Counted from the stretch's first letter, positions 25,770-38,721 are shown. The stretch is DNA of 64,000 bases from Octopus sinensis (GCF_006345805.1 NC_042999.1:139314001-139378000); one strand, 5' to 3'. The notes: a model not told the origin generated them from the sequence alone. A program made the numbers and translations.

Positions 25770-28240
25770 CATTAATGCCGCACCAAGTGCTTCAGATAGT
25801 CACACACCACAAGGTTCGACATAACCTATTGAAGCAAGCCAGCACGCTCGCGGCATTACCACAGGCGATGGCGAGGCTGAGGCGTTGGAAAAGCTAAGCA
25901 CCCTCATGGGCATCATGTAACACCTTGTTGAAGTGAGATGCCAACAATAACAAGGACTTCGCCGTTAGTGGTCCAGTGCATCCAAACGTTTCAAATGCGA
26001 CAGGTTTTGAAAAGATAGTTCACTGCCAGGTCCCGATACATCAGGGTTTCGTTCCATTCGGTTATGGAAGAAGTAACCCTCCTATTTACTGTAGCATCCA
26101 GGATGTGGGAGGGTGCAAAAGAGTCACAGACCGTGGCCTCCCAGATACAGCACCTACCTCTTACCCTGGGACCGAAGGTAAGACTATCTGGTCTCTTCCC
26201 ATCACTTCTGGATAATCCCACCGACCCCAGAACTGAGGGGAAAGTAATCCGAGCCGGGATCTGCTTAATGATTAATTTAGCTCGGTGTAACGGGCGAAGC
26301 GACCAACATTTAGGCGGCAAAATAAACCGTGAAGACCTGTGGAATCGAGGAGGATACCACAGCGACATCTCATTCCTTCACAGGCGTCAGCTCCCACTCT
26401 GACTGCAATGGAGATGCGGAACTCATCAAGATTGAGTATACCTCCAATGTTAGCCACAGACAGGGTATCAGTCCAGTCTCCTGAGAATTTAGCTCTAGCA
26501 GAAATTAGGCGACTTCTTGAAAATTGATTAGATTGATCAAGGAGAGAGTTGAAAGTGGCACCTGAACGCAGACTGTCCCATACTCTCTGCTTCCGTCTAT
26601 ACACAACTGTAATAGCAACTGACAAACCGAGCTCTCTCCATTGTACCAAAGCTTCATCCATCTCCCTGTTGGAATTAGTCCTTGTTGGAGAGGAGAGAAT
26701 GTTGCCTATTAAAGAGGATATTGCAGACCTAGATCCCCAAACCGTTTAGGCAAAGCTACCTGTTCGTGGGACTCTGACGAGAGTCTGACATTGACCAAAC
26801 ATTCGAGTTTCCTGAAGATTAGGTTGTCAAAGCATTGGAATGATAACAATAATCCATTAGAGGGACTAACTTTGAGAAAATTCAATAACTTAGAAATCGG
26901 CAAGTAATTCCTAAGTATATATATAAAAAAAAAACAAATAACAAAACCTTGGTGAGGCTCAATTACCTCAAGGTCTTTTTTTTTTAATTGTTCAAGGTTA
27001 GCCATTTTGGATCGAAAGTTGAACTCGAAAGCTCGGTCAGTAATTGGGGCAACAAGAAAGCACAACGCTGATGAAGGATGAACTGCGATAGAGGAGAAGG
27101 AGCTTGTAAACAGGTCTACAGTCTGTTCATGTGAAGCTGGATGGTTGAGGAGTCAGAGCTCACTTTTGGAACTGTTAACGCTAAGACCAAGTTTCGCAAT
27201 CACGACTTTGTCAGGAGGGCTCCCCATACAAGCATCATCAAGATACTAGACATTTAAGTCTAGGTCAATTCTCATCTTGGTAACATCATCAATACCCATT
27301 GCAAATAGAGCAGGTCCAAGTGGGCCGGCCTGTTGGACTCCAGAGGTAGATGGGATGAGGTGGTCACCAAAGAAGAGGTAGGGGGGGGCTCCCGATAAGC
27401 TTGCCAAGCAAAGTGATAGAGTTGTGGGGCATTCACCCATACGGCACGGAGGATGACATCCCGGCTGATGGAACTGAAGGCATTCCTAATTATGAGGATT
27501 ACTTTTGTGGACTTGAGGGCAAGTTCGTGAAAGCCCTGGCGGCATGAGCAGCAGCCTCACAACCTAGCTTAGTACCCGCTCCTAGCTGAGTAGGACACTG
27601 TCGGAAGTTGAAAACAAGTTGTAGAAAACTTGGTGAGTTGGGCAACTGTAGCTAGTCATCGTGGGGGCGGGGCGGGGCGGAGTATTTTCTCATTCAGTTG
27701 ATTGAGGGAGTCTGTGGTACATGGATGTGGGATGATAGAGAGGAGAGAAGGCGAACAGCCCCTTTAATGTCGAAATCACTGAATTGGGCATTAACGGCCT
27801 TCTTTAAGTTATGTGGTCGACCATTGCTCGGGTTGTGCTGATCACCGACCTGAGATGAACAATGATTGGGGTGGATTCGAACAGCTCAAACTGCCGTTTA
27901 AGGGAATATGTCAGGATCCACAATTCACGTTCGTCACGTGGAGAGAAACCAAAATGAATAGAAACAATTTCTGCCAATCTTAGGTGTTGTTGGATAGGCA
28001 GATGTTCTTCAACAGTTTCGAGAGAAAGAGAACACGGGTGAGACAAAACCGAACTCCCACACGGATCCGATTGATGAGCTTCAACAAGCCTTAGAAGGCG
28101 ACGGCAAAATACTCAACAACGATCTGGACTTCAGAGAGCAAAGTTCTGTCCTACTAATTATGTTGCGGCTGAAGTGGCATTGGTTGCATGTCCAGTTTGA
28201 GAAACTTTCGGCTTGAACCTTAATAATGCCAACGCAACTT
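25770..28240 (-). mobile_element. CRE-clade non-LTR retrotransposon (RT plus restriction-like endonuclease), degenerate
   Basis: QLGAGTKLGCEAAAHAAR, GVQQAGPLGPALF..YLDD, QVALPKRFGDLG, CRC..DSTGLHGLFC..GRFAR and DGKRPDSLT..IWEATVCD motifs in the expected order; many stops and frameshifts. Confidence 0.8.
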
Positions 28241-28249
28241 TTGCGGTAA

Positions 28250-28661
28250 CAGGAGTGGCTGTGTGGTAAGTAGCTTGCTTATCAACCACATGGTTCCGGG
28301 TTCAGTCCCATTGCGTGGAAACTTAGGCAAGTGTCTTCTACTATAGCCTCGGGCCGACCAAAGCCTTGTGAGTGGATTTGGTAGACGGAAACTGAAAGAA
28401 GCCCGTCGTGCATATGTATATATATATGTGTGTGTGTGTGTGCGTGTATGTTTGTGTGTCTGTGTTTGTCCCCCTAGCATTGCTTGACAACCGATGCTGG
28501 TGTGTTTATGGCCCCGTAACTTAGCGGTTCGGCAAAAGAGACCGATAGAATAAGTACTGGGTTTACAAAGAATAAGTCCCAGGGTCGAGTTGCTCGACTA
28601 AAGGCGGTGCTCCAGCATGGCCGCAGTCAACTGACTGAAACAAGTAAAAGAGTAAAGAGTA
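28250..28661 (+). mobile_element. SINE family B
   Basis: Near-consensus full copy about 440 bp upstream of the COMMD10 ATG. Confidence 0.92.
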
Positions 28662-29055
28662 CACAAATGGCATTCGATAGTCTTCAAATAGTGACTTGTA
28701 CGGGTGCAGAGAACACAGCTTGGGAGAGTACAGGTAGGATCAGTGGGGTCGGCATTAGAATTAGAATTCGGACGGGAAGGGAATATTGGTGGGGGAAGAT
28801 TGGTGCTGGGGGTAGAGTGGGGTAGCTGGGTGAACAGCTGAGCATTGCTCGATGTAATCGACTTAACCCTTCTCCGAACTTGCTAGCCTTGAACCAAAAT
28901 TTGAAATCATTATTTTTATACATTGCTCATAAACACGCTGTGCTTTTCCAAATTCACTGTAAAAAGATTTACTTTGTACGAAGATTGCAGAACAGCGACA
29001 AATCAGTTTCAGTTTCTAATTACAAACTGGAAGAATGCCTTGTTCCGTTTATTAA

Positions 29056-29086
29056 TCACGTGACCTCGACTCAAAAGTCACATGAC
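29056..29086. promoter_or_regulatory. Paired E-box/CLEAR-like motifs upstream of the COMMD10 ATG
   Basis: TCACGTGAC at 29056-29064 and GTCACATGAC at 29077-29086, 12-43 nt before the start codon. Confidence 0.45.
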
Positions 29087-29098
29087 ACTTATTCCAAG

Positions 29099-29127
29099 AT
29101 GGCGTTGTTGTTTTCAAGTACGTCCAG
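29099..29127 (+). CDS. COMMD10: COMM domain-containing protein 10, coding exon 1 (MALLFSSTS)
   Basis: ATG in AAGATGG context; donor AG|GTACGT; phase 2 joins exon 2 in frame (AG+C = Ser). Confidence 0.8.
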
Positions 29128-29529
29128 GTACGTTCGTTCATTGTTTATAATATATGTAGATTATCGGCATATATTGCTTTTGTTTTTGTATGTGTAGATA
29201 TAAATTTCCTAGCCTAGTTCAGTTATCAAAATCTATAAATTATAAAAGTCTGAACACACATTCGACTGCTAACCCGTTAATGCAATTCTACTGACTTTCG
29301 TATGACTTATTCCATTTCGGCAATTTCTAATGTTTATAAGGAGGTTGTGTTTACTGGACTTTTAGGAAAATATTCACGTTTAATGAACATTGGTTTAGTA
29401 TTACACAAAATGCATTTTTCAGTGCTTTTAGCCTGTTACGAACAGCAGTGTCAAATAGTCTAACTGCACTTTTAATTTTTTTTTAAATGACATTCTCCAA
29501 TTTTTATAATCAACAATTTTTCTCTGTGT

Positions 29530-29537
29530 ACATGTAC

Positions 29538-29586
<49 letters not shown>
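29530..29586. repeat. (AT)n microsatellite in COMMD10 intron 1
   Basis: Direct repeat run. Confidence 0.95.
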
Positions 29587-29589
<3 letters not shown>

Positions 29590-30116
29590 TTTGTGTGTGT
29601 GTTTGATTGCTTGAATACCGTCATGGATGTTGAGTTGATCTTTATATTTGCTATTACTGTAAAAAAAAAAGGGGGCGTGTATTTTTCGACTCCGCTCATA
29701 AAAAATTCGCATCTAATTCTTGTTTTCTTTTTTTTTTTAAATACACATTGAGAGGTTACTAATTATTGTTAATAATGATATCAATATTGTTTAGCGTTTA
29801 CAATTTGCATGAATCTGTGCTTTTGTATATAGAGCACACTATAATCATTCGCTAATAATTCCATATATATATATAAGTGTGCATAAATTCATCATCGATA
29901 TATCTGAATATTACTGCCGATAGAATATATTTTTTTCTTCGTATTCTAGATGCAATATGTATTTATATAATTATCTTTATTTTACATAGAGTTAAGAGCC
30001 AGAAAAGTTTTCAGTTCTAATTTCTTGGTGTTGGAAAAATGCTTGCCACTTATAGAAACTTTTATCCTCCATCCATTTTGTATAATTCTAAGTGTTTGTA
30101 TATTGTGATAAATATG

Positions 30117-30153
<37 letters not shown>

Positions 30154-30518
30154 AGCAATTTCAAATTTCACATGAAGGAAGGGAAGTAACTCTTTTCTGT
30201 CATTGTTAGCTTGGCGCTGCCCACCTACATACTGGTTTCATTACAGCGGCATGGCAAACTCGTATTTTTAAACAGTTCGTTGGGATGTTCTGGTATTCAG
30301 ACCTTCCTACTTCTGAGAAAATTCAGTATTAATAATCGTAATTGGCTCGTAACTTTAATATCTGGAGAGGAACAAAAACTACAGAAAACGGAACTTATAA
30401 CCTATAAGCAACGAGTCCAACATGTATCCATTTTGCATTTCATGTTTTTATGCTTTCCTTAGTATCTCCTCTACTAAGGTGCTAATTGATACTCAATCGC
30501 TTCTACGGTACTATTTAA

Positions 30519-30732
30519 GAAGAGTGGTCTCGGTGCGCGCACTCGCGCATCCGCGCTAGCTAGTCGTGACTAGTCGATCCTACAACGACTACCTAGCAAA
30601 GTAAATAAAACACAAAATAAATAATTTTTTTAAAACAAAGTGAATAAAACAAAGACACACAGTAAGGATCGACTAGTCACGACTAGCTAGTGCGGATGCG
30701 CGAGTACGCGAGTGCGCGCACCAGGACCACTC
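30519..30732. mobile_element. TTAA-flanked MITE (Kolobok-like)
   Basis: About 60-bp CpG-rich TIRs GAGTGGTC..CGATCCT / AGGATCG..GACCACTC; TTAA at 30515-30518 and 30733-30736. Confidence 0.7.
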
Positions 30733-31039
30733 TTAATACTCAATGGGAAGCTTTCATATTATCTATCACCAATTGTTACTGAATAGCTAAATGTAAGTTT
30801 ATTGCTAATGAATATATATATATATATATATATAAAGATAGGTAGATTGAGAGGTTAGTTACAGGATTCATTTGAATCTTGGCACATCAACACATAGGAT
30901 GCCAGGACTAGTTGGGTACCATAATGTTGTGTTCACTATAAGGTAAAACAGCTATTAGGTGTCATTTGTTGGTAGAGTATTGCAGGTATGTATGCGTGTG
31001 TGTGTATACATACATACATATATATATATATTATATATA

Positions 31040-31340
31040 TATATATATGAAAGAATGGAGTTGAACGACTAGTTAACAAATATCCTTTATTCTCGACATA
31101 TGTTTCGAAGGCTGCATATTCCTAATTCCGAAGGAATAAGGAGTACATTATGCAGATTTCTCATCAAGAAAATCAAGGAACTTATGTCGACATCAAAATG
31201 CACAAAAAACTTTTAGCTGACCGCTCTCAAGGAGCCCATGGTGATAATGAGTGTCTCTTTATAAGGAGTGACGTCAGAGTGGCTGAATGTAGATTCTTCT
31301 ATATATATATATATATATACTATAGGTACCAAATCCAATA
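31040..31340 (-). mobile_element. Penelope-like terminal fragment with degenerate hammerhead motif
   Basis: Minus strand TTTTC-TTGATGA..CTGCATA..TATGCAG..GAAAC-ATAT-GTC-GAGAA (31090-31172); C3 is mutated. Confidence 0.5.
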
Positions 31341-32493
31341 TAAACTGTACATCTGATTCAGCATTGAGTCCAGTTGTGACGTACATATAAAAGAACACCA
31401 CAAATAAAGTTTGAACCCTATTTGTGTTCTTTGATATGTGTGTGTGTGTGATCGCCATCATGATCTCTTTGTGTTCACTTCCTTTGATGGCATGATTTGT
31501 ATGGTTCAACAGGATCTAATGGATTAGAAGAAAATCCCTTGGTCCAGTATTACAGTTTTAGTTTGAATTCTATATTTGGATACTCTTCCTAACACCAGCC
31601 ACTTTACAGAGTGTACTGAATACATTTTTTTGAAGCACCAACACTCTAGAGGTTGTTTTACCCTTTATAAGGCTAGAAAGTCCTCTCAAACCCTGCATTG
31701 TCACTGCTTGATTTGCCAACCACATTACAGAGTGTAGTAGGTGCTTCTTTTATGCAACCAATTCTGGTGAAATCACTTTATAACCTACTGTATAAAAGAG
31801 CATCCACTACAAAAGACAGAATTGAGAAGAAATGATGGTTTTATATGAGGTGTTACGAGATGTTACTGTAAGCTGTGGGAAAAGGATTTTTTGGTGAATA
31901 TGGCATCTTTCTGCAAAACTTGATTTACTATACTGGTGACTAGGTTGGGGCATATGTTGGGTGTACTTACTGTCTGATGGAAAGAATGGATTTATTGTTG
32001 TGAGGGGTGGTAATAGAGAAAATAACACCATGTAGAGAAGGAAGAGATGTCAAAGCACATTCCCAAAATAACATGGCGTAGCAGGTGAATAGAAGGGAGC
32101 AGAGTGGCAGAAGACTCATAGGAAATGAGTGAAGGTTGAAAGACTTGCAGTCCCACCACTTCATATTCAAACATCATAATTTGGAAGAATAGGAGGAGTT
32201 GCAGATAGCGAGAGATAATCTCTTCCTTGATAAGATATTGTTCTATGACAGGTATATTTTTTTCTTACTAGTGTAATTACAAATACAGCAATGAAACACT
32301 TGTCAATTCTTCAGTCCTGCCATTGCTTGTCATTGCAAATCATGCCAACCATTGTACTTAGAAGTGGCTGGACTTTGCTTTGAAACTGAAGTATCTTAGT
32401 TACAGACAGTATAATGTTATACCAAACAGGCATAGTACCTGTTTAGAAAAATTATTTCCAGAACAGTTACTGATTTTTGTTTTCTTTCTTCAG

Positions 32494-32584
32494 CATCCAG
32501 AAAGCAGTGAGTTTCATCAATAACTTGGATCCAAAATTATTTACTCCAATATTGTCCCGTATTTTGCAGAAAATAGACTTGAAG
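32494..32584 (+). CDS. COMMD10: COMMD10 coding exon 2 (IQKAVSFINNLDPKLFTPILSRILQKIDLK)
   Basis: Polypyrimidine tract plus CAG acceptor and GTGAGT donor; matches recalled COMMD10 KKAVSLINAID..FPRLLTRILQKLHLK. Confidence 0.95.
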
Positions 32585-34339
32585 GTGAGTTTAAACAATT
32601 TGCTTGTACATACATATACACATGTATATACACATATGTGTGCATGCACACATATATATGCTTGTTTTTTGAAATTTATTTAAATTCTTAATGGAATTCA
32701 AGTAAGTTATTTACAGTGACAAGTTTTTTTTTTGTTTGAGTCAAAAGAATTCCAGGAATTTGTGAATGTATGAGTTAGTATGTGCATATATATATATATA
32801 TAGGTGGATATACCTGCATATTTATGGTATGGGTATGTATATATTTCTTTTGTGAATTTGTGTATGATTGCTCTTCATGTGTTTGTGTACCACATATACA
32901 CAAGATTGTGTATATATACTGATACTAGGAAATTCAAATGGTAGTGCCATAGAGGTAGTGCATCTCATCCAAGTTGACTCTCTCCCTAATCAGTTGGGCT
33001 ATGGCCCTCTCCATAACCTTCATTACTTGATCCAGATGATGATATCATCATTTTATGCCTACTTTCTATCTTTCAAGATAATTGCTATGGGTAACATTTT
33101 TTTTATTTTCCTCAATGTGATTAACTTCTAGTTTCTACATTGTTCTCACTATTCCATCCACTTTGTGTTTTGTCATTGTTTTAGAGAAAAGGCAAAGCTA
33201 ACCATGTTGATGGTTGAACATGTGAGTTCAAATCCCCACAGTATCTACTTGCCCTTTCATCCTTAAAGGTAAAGTACTAGTCAATTTTAAGGCTGTTTAT
33301 TATACTCCTTTGCTAAATGTACAGCCTTATGTCATCATTGTTTTGACATCCACTTTCCCATGCTTACATGGCTCAGATGGAATTTGTTGAGACAGATTTT
33401 CTATAGCTGATGTTCTTTCTGTAGCCAATGCTTACCTGTTTCCAAGCAGGGCAATATTTACCCATCCTCAGACATGTTTTTGTTGGAGAATGGAAATAAA
33501 CGACATCACTTGTATGATAATGATACATGTTTACAACCATCATGTGATGTCAACACAAGTGTACATACATACACAGACACTCACATGCATGTACACACAC
33601 ACACCATCACTATCATCATCATTACCATTTAACATCTGTTTGCCTTGCTGGTATAGTTTGACAGGAGCTGGCAACCCAGACGACTGCACCAAGCTCTACT
33701 GTCTATTTTGGTATAGTTTTTATTGTTGGATGCTCTTCCTAAAGCCAACCACTCTAGAGAGAGTGTTCAAAGTGCTTTTTATGTCTACCAAATTCATTTA
33801 CAAGGCTTTGGTTGATCCATGACTACAGTAGAAGACATCTAAGATGCCATGCAGTAAGACTGAACCTAAAACCATATTGTTGGGCAGCAAACTTCTTAAC
33901 CACACAACCACTCTTGCACCTTATGTACATGTGTATATAAATACACATATATATTGACAACAGGTTTCTTTCAGTTTCTATCTAATAAATTGCTCACAAG
34001 GCTTTACTTATCCTAGGGCTATAGTAAAAGATGCTTGCCCAAGGTACTATGCAGTGGAACTGAAACTGAAGCCTCATTGTTAGTAAGCAAGCTATTTATC
34101 TACACAGCCATACCTGTCAGTGTTAGAAAAAAGATTCATTAGAACCTTGGTTAAAATATTTAGCAGTACATAGTTGCAGCCCTTAAATGTTTGGTGTTCA
34201 ACAATGTTTTTTTATCCGATGGAGCTTGTAAAATATAGTACCAGTCAAGTTCTAGGATCAATGTAATTGACTGACCCAGCTTCTCCAAAATTATTGTTCT
34301 TGTGTCTAAATTAGAAACAATTATTATTTTAATTTCTAG

Positions 34340-34450
34340 GATGAGAGATCCTTTACAGAAGAAGAAGAAAGCAAGCTGGAACAGACATTAGATCTACCTG
34401 CTGCTGACTTGGAGCTAATGATACAGTCTCTTGAGTTCTTTTTGCAACAG
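34340..34450 (+). CDS. COMMD10: COMMD10 coding exon 3 (DERSFTEEEESKLEQ..LEFFLQQ)
   Basis: TAG acceptor, GTCAGT donor, 111 nt; matches SFSEEEEEKLQ..ISFILEQ. Confidence 0.95.
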
Positions 34451-35157
34451 GTCAGTCAATAAATTTATAATTCTTGTTGTTCAGTTAAGTTCAGCTGGAA
34501 TAATATAGTTTGGCTATGATTATATTTGTGGACATTTTATTTCAGCCTATGTTATCCAGTGTGTTTTGTGTTATTATTAAATGACTTTAAAGAAATCTGG
34601 CTTCTATTTTTAGCAGGGTGAGTGACTACATAGAAGCTACCTCCATACATCATTATGGCTGAGATAGAAACATTTATATTTACAGATACCATCATCCTTA
34701 CCTTTTAACATTTGTTTTCCATGGGTTGGGCAGTTCAGCTGAATCTGATGAGCCGAAGGACAGTGTCAAGCTTCACTGTTTGTTCCGATAGGGTTTGAAT
34801 GGCTGGATGCCTTTCCTAATACCAACCATTTTACAGCATGTACTGGGCATATTTTCTTTTTGTAGCACTGGTCCTAGAGAGGGCAGCAATATTATGAACC
34901 ATCTAGGACAAGCAACCATAAGAATAAGAGGAGAACTTGGATTGTATTTTTTTTTTGAGAGTGGGGTTCTTGCTAGCTGAAAGAGAGAAGAGAGTACATA
35001 ACAAGTAGTGTGAAAGAGAAATGGTAATATTGTGTCTGCAAATCACTTGCTCATGTCATATTTAATATCCCTATATGTAAGCATTTATGTGTATATACAT
35101 ATAGATACACATAAATATATATTACATGTTATCAATGGTGTTTGATATTTATTGCAG

Positions 35158-35229
35158 GCTGCTTACCATTCAGCTAAACCAGCTGTGTTGAAACAGCAAC
35201 TTGAGCAACTGGAGATCAACGAAGATAAG
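35158..35229 (+). CDS. COMMD10: COMMD10 coding exon 4 (AAYHSAKPAVLKQQLEQLEINEDK)
   Basis: CAG acceptor, GTAAGT donor, 72 nt; matches AVYHNVKPAALQQQLE. Confidence 0.95.
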
Positions 35230-36074
35230 GTAAGTTGCCTTTTCTTTCCAGTATTATTTTTTCCTTGACTAGTTTCAGTTATTGGACTATGGCAATACTA
35301 GAATTAACACCAAAGGTGTTAATCAAATATATTGGTTTTATGGCTTTGTTTGGTACTTATTTCTCTTCATATGGGAAATTAAATCCAAAGTCAACAGTGG
35401 TCTAATGACTGAAACAAGTGAAAGATATATGTATGTGTGTGTTTGTGTGTGTGCATGCGTATATGTCACAATATCTATTAGAGGGAGGGAAAGAAGGGGA
35501 GGAATCAAAATATACATCACAATGTATTTTTTGAAGGGAAGAGGAAAAAGTTGAGAGAAATGCAGTGTGTGTGTGTGTGTGTGAGAGAGAGGAGAAAGTG
35601 TGTGTGTTTGTGTGTGCACATGAAAGGTGGTGTTGTCACCATAGTAACTAATAAGTTTTGATTGAAAACATGGAAGTTTTAAGTGCAAAATTGTCAACAC
35701 AACACAGCTTTAAAGAGCAAAAGACTTTCATTATATAACAATATAAATTATTTGTTTGGTTGTTTGTGTGTCTGTGTATTTATGTATGTTTTCAACATAG
35801 AGACAATGCAACCCATATCTTAAAATTACTTTCACTATAATGACAGGTTGTTGTCTTTGAGAGAAAAATATAGTGAGAGGGAGAGAGAGAGAGAATGTGT
35901 GTGTGTGTGTGTGTAAAAGATTGGCAAAAACTAACAAAACATTTACTATATAACTGTTTATTATTAAAAGAAAGTGCATGCATGATTAACAATTTTTTTT
36001 TCTGATAGTGTAGCAATGGGTAAAGACCTTGTATACATAATAAAATTTTGTATATATGTGCATTTTGGTTTCAG

Positions 36075-36158
36075 ATACAGGCGATTGTTGAGGCATGGTC
36101 AACGCATGCCAAGGAAATACTTCAGAAGTTAAGACAAAGAACACTGGTACCAGATCAG
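36075..36158 (+). CDS. COMMD10: COMMD10 coding exon 5 (IQAIVEAWSTHAKEILQKLRQRTLVPDQ)
   Basis: CAG acceptor, GTACGC donor, 84 nt; matches AFVNTWSS..KFRQRIL. Confidence 0.93.
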
Positions 36159-37127
36159 GTACGCATTTGAGTTCACACAAATTGACACTTGTATCATTAA
36201 TGCTATTTTCTTTGATGTTGTTATTCTACCTCTATTACCATTTAATATGGATGTTAAATGGTGATAATGATGATTTAGGGTATGTGTATTTATCTCATTC
36301 CTAAGATTCTTATGATTTTGTTCTTATGTTTTTCTTTTCAACTTTCATTGGGTCAGTACCTTAAGAATGGTACTCTGATGAAACACAATTTCCTTCCTTT
36401 ATTTTTTTGAGGTGCAAGACCTAATCCATTGTCCAGCTTAAGACATCACCACTAGCCTTAGTCTTTAATGAAGTGTAATCTGTTGCAAGTATTCAGACCA
36501 AGTTTCTAGCCTGAGTATAATATGTGATTTTAATGGAATGCTCTCTAAACACCCTCTTTTGCCGAGTACCTCTGTTTGTTAAAAGTTACATGATGATGAA
36601 GTGACTTTCTGACATAGGCTTGCCTCCAGATCTTGTAGAAATACTGCTTCATGAATAACATTATGAGATGTTGACATATTTCCTTGTAGATAATCCTGTT
36701 TTTTTTCCCCTCTAATTTGAGACTGATGTGTCAGAAAGCACAATATGTTGAGAGGCTGCCAACTTCTAGAGATTTCAAAGTTGTGGTTAGCAGCAACCCA
36801 TAAACTGTAATATATATTTCCCCTTTCCTATATCACAGTCTCTTAGATGTTGCTTACATCATGAGTCTGTCCCACCTCCTTTGACTAAACTATGTAAAAA
36901 GAATATTAAATCTGTTCATTCAGTTAACTGATTCCTATTAGTCTTTCAGCTTTTTCATTGTTACCATGTAAACAATTAGTAAATTCATTTTCAGTCTAGA
37001 CTAAACAGAATCAACAGTGCATGACAAATTTTTTTCAGTAAAAATTACATATCAAATTTGAAGAAATTTCTTTTATAGTATTAAAATATTTCTTTATTTT
37101 ATTTCATTCTGTGGTTCAATTTACTAG

Positions 37128-37238
37128 TTGAATGCCATCAACTGGCGGCTCAACTTGGAGATGGCCAATGGTAGTCGATCAAAAATGAAACAACCTAATG
37201 CAATGTTTGAACTGAAGATAAACCGAGAAGGCAAACAG
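37128..37238 (+). CDS. COMMD10: COMMD10 coding exon 6, COMM domain (LNAINWRLNLEMA..MFELKINREGKQ)
   Basis: TAG acceptor, GTATCA donor, 111 nt; contains the COMM-domain W-x-L motif. Confidence 0.95.
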
Positions 37239-38414
37239 GTATCATTATTTGTGTCATTATTATAATTTCCATCATCATTATGTCTCTTTTACTGCTTTTA
37301 GCATTAGTTTCAAGCAGAAACAACACATCTTTCCACAAACCCTGATCTTTTGTCCATGTTTATGTGGACTAGTTTTCTTCAGGATTATCTACCATTATCT
37401 CTTCACAAAACTTTCTTTGATAGTGTTATATCTTAAACACTCTTCTGTTTGTCTCAACACCTACTTGGTTTATAAGATCAACACTGAGCAGTCCATCTTA
37501 ATTCATTCCATTCTAATCCAATTTGTCCTTGTATGAAATACTGTTGTCATATTTGGGCAGGTGCACCATCTTGTCACTTGGATCTCCTTGACCAGGTTCA
37601 AAAGTGAGTCTAATTTGATTAGTCCCTCTTGCTTCAACTCTGTAATCCTTGACTCAGCAATGTGACACCACTAGTCACAGGAAGTGCTCTCATAGACTTC
37701 CTCAGTTCCAGATCACTTTATACCATTTTGCCTGACTCAGAACTCAACATCTTCATTCAAATGCTGTTGTGCTTCTATGAATAAGGAATTCTTTCTACAG
37801 TTGTAACTTTTTCCCTCAAACTGCTAGACATTCTGATCAGTTCCAGACTTAGGAAGTGTCCTCCATCTCATTTTCCTCCTCCTTATGACCTCTTCTCTTT
37901 CAAGGTGAAAGTAAATTCATTCCTTACACCTTAATTTCTCCTTTATAGTTCCTTATGCTAAGTGGCTTCTCACCTTGTTTTGAGACTTTCTTACCAAAAA
38001 CTAAAAATTTCTTAAATATGAACACAAAATGGCTGCAGTATCCAAACCATGAGCATCAAAATATTTTCTTTCAGTATTAATATTTTATGTAGCTTAGTAG
38101 CCTAATACAGTGTGTGTTTCTGTGCATTGTGAAACAAAATTATGCTTTGATTGGTTTGAGCATGAAACTAAAGCACAAGGTCAATTAGTTTAACTGAAAA
38201 CATGTCAGTATTTATGAGTGCCTCATATATTTTGTTGTTGCTGGTCTTTTCTAAACATTTTCACTGTGTATCTTTTATTAATTTGCTCTGTTGTTAGAGC
38301 TCAATATACTTATGCTTTAGAGAAAAGTATCAAGTGACTACAGAGTGTAATATTAATAAATGAATGGCAGAAGAACATGTGCTACATAAGCACATTGATT
38401 AACTTACCATGCTA

Positions 38415-38615
38415 AAACTGACCTCGCCTGTGCTGGTGCCATGTAAAAAGCACTCAGTCCACACTGTAGAGTCATTGGTGTTAGGAAGGACATCCAGCCG
38501 TAAAAACCATACTAAAACAGACAGTGAAGCATGGTGCAGTCTTTTACCTAGCCATCTCCTGTCAAATCGTCCAACCCATGCCAGTATGGAAATCAGATGT
38601 TAAATGATGATGATG
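38415..38615 (+). mobile_element. SINE/RTE 3'-tail repeat (family E)
   Basis: TTAGGAAGGACATCCAGCCGTAAAAACCAT..CAACCCATGCCAG..TAAATGATGATGATG; related copy at 50903-51054 and several minus-strand fragments. Confidence 0.65.
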
Positions 38616-38721
38616 ACAATGTTTCTGCTGTAAGTAATAGTTCACTCAGAGTTGAGTGCTCATGCAACATCTTATAGCTGCCTCAGAGCCATTTATATAT
38701 AAACATGTGTATATATAAATA

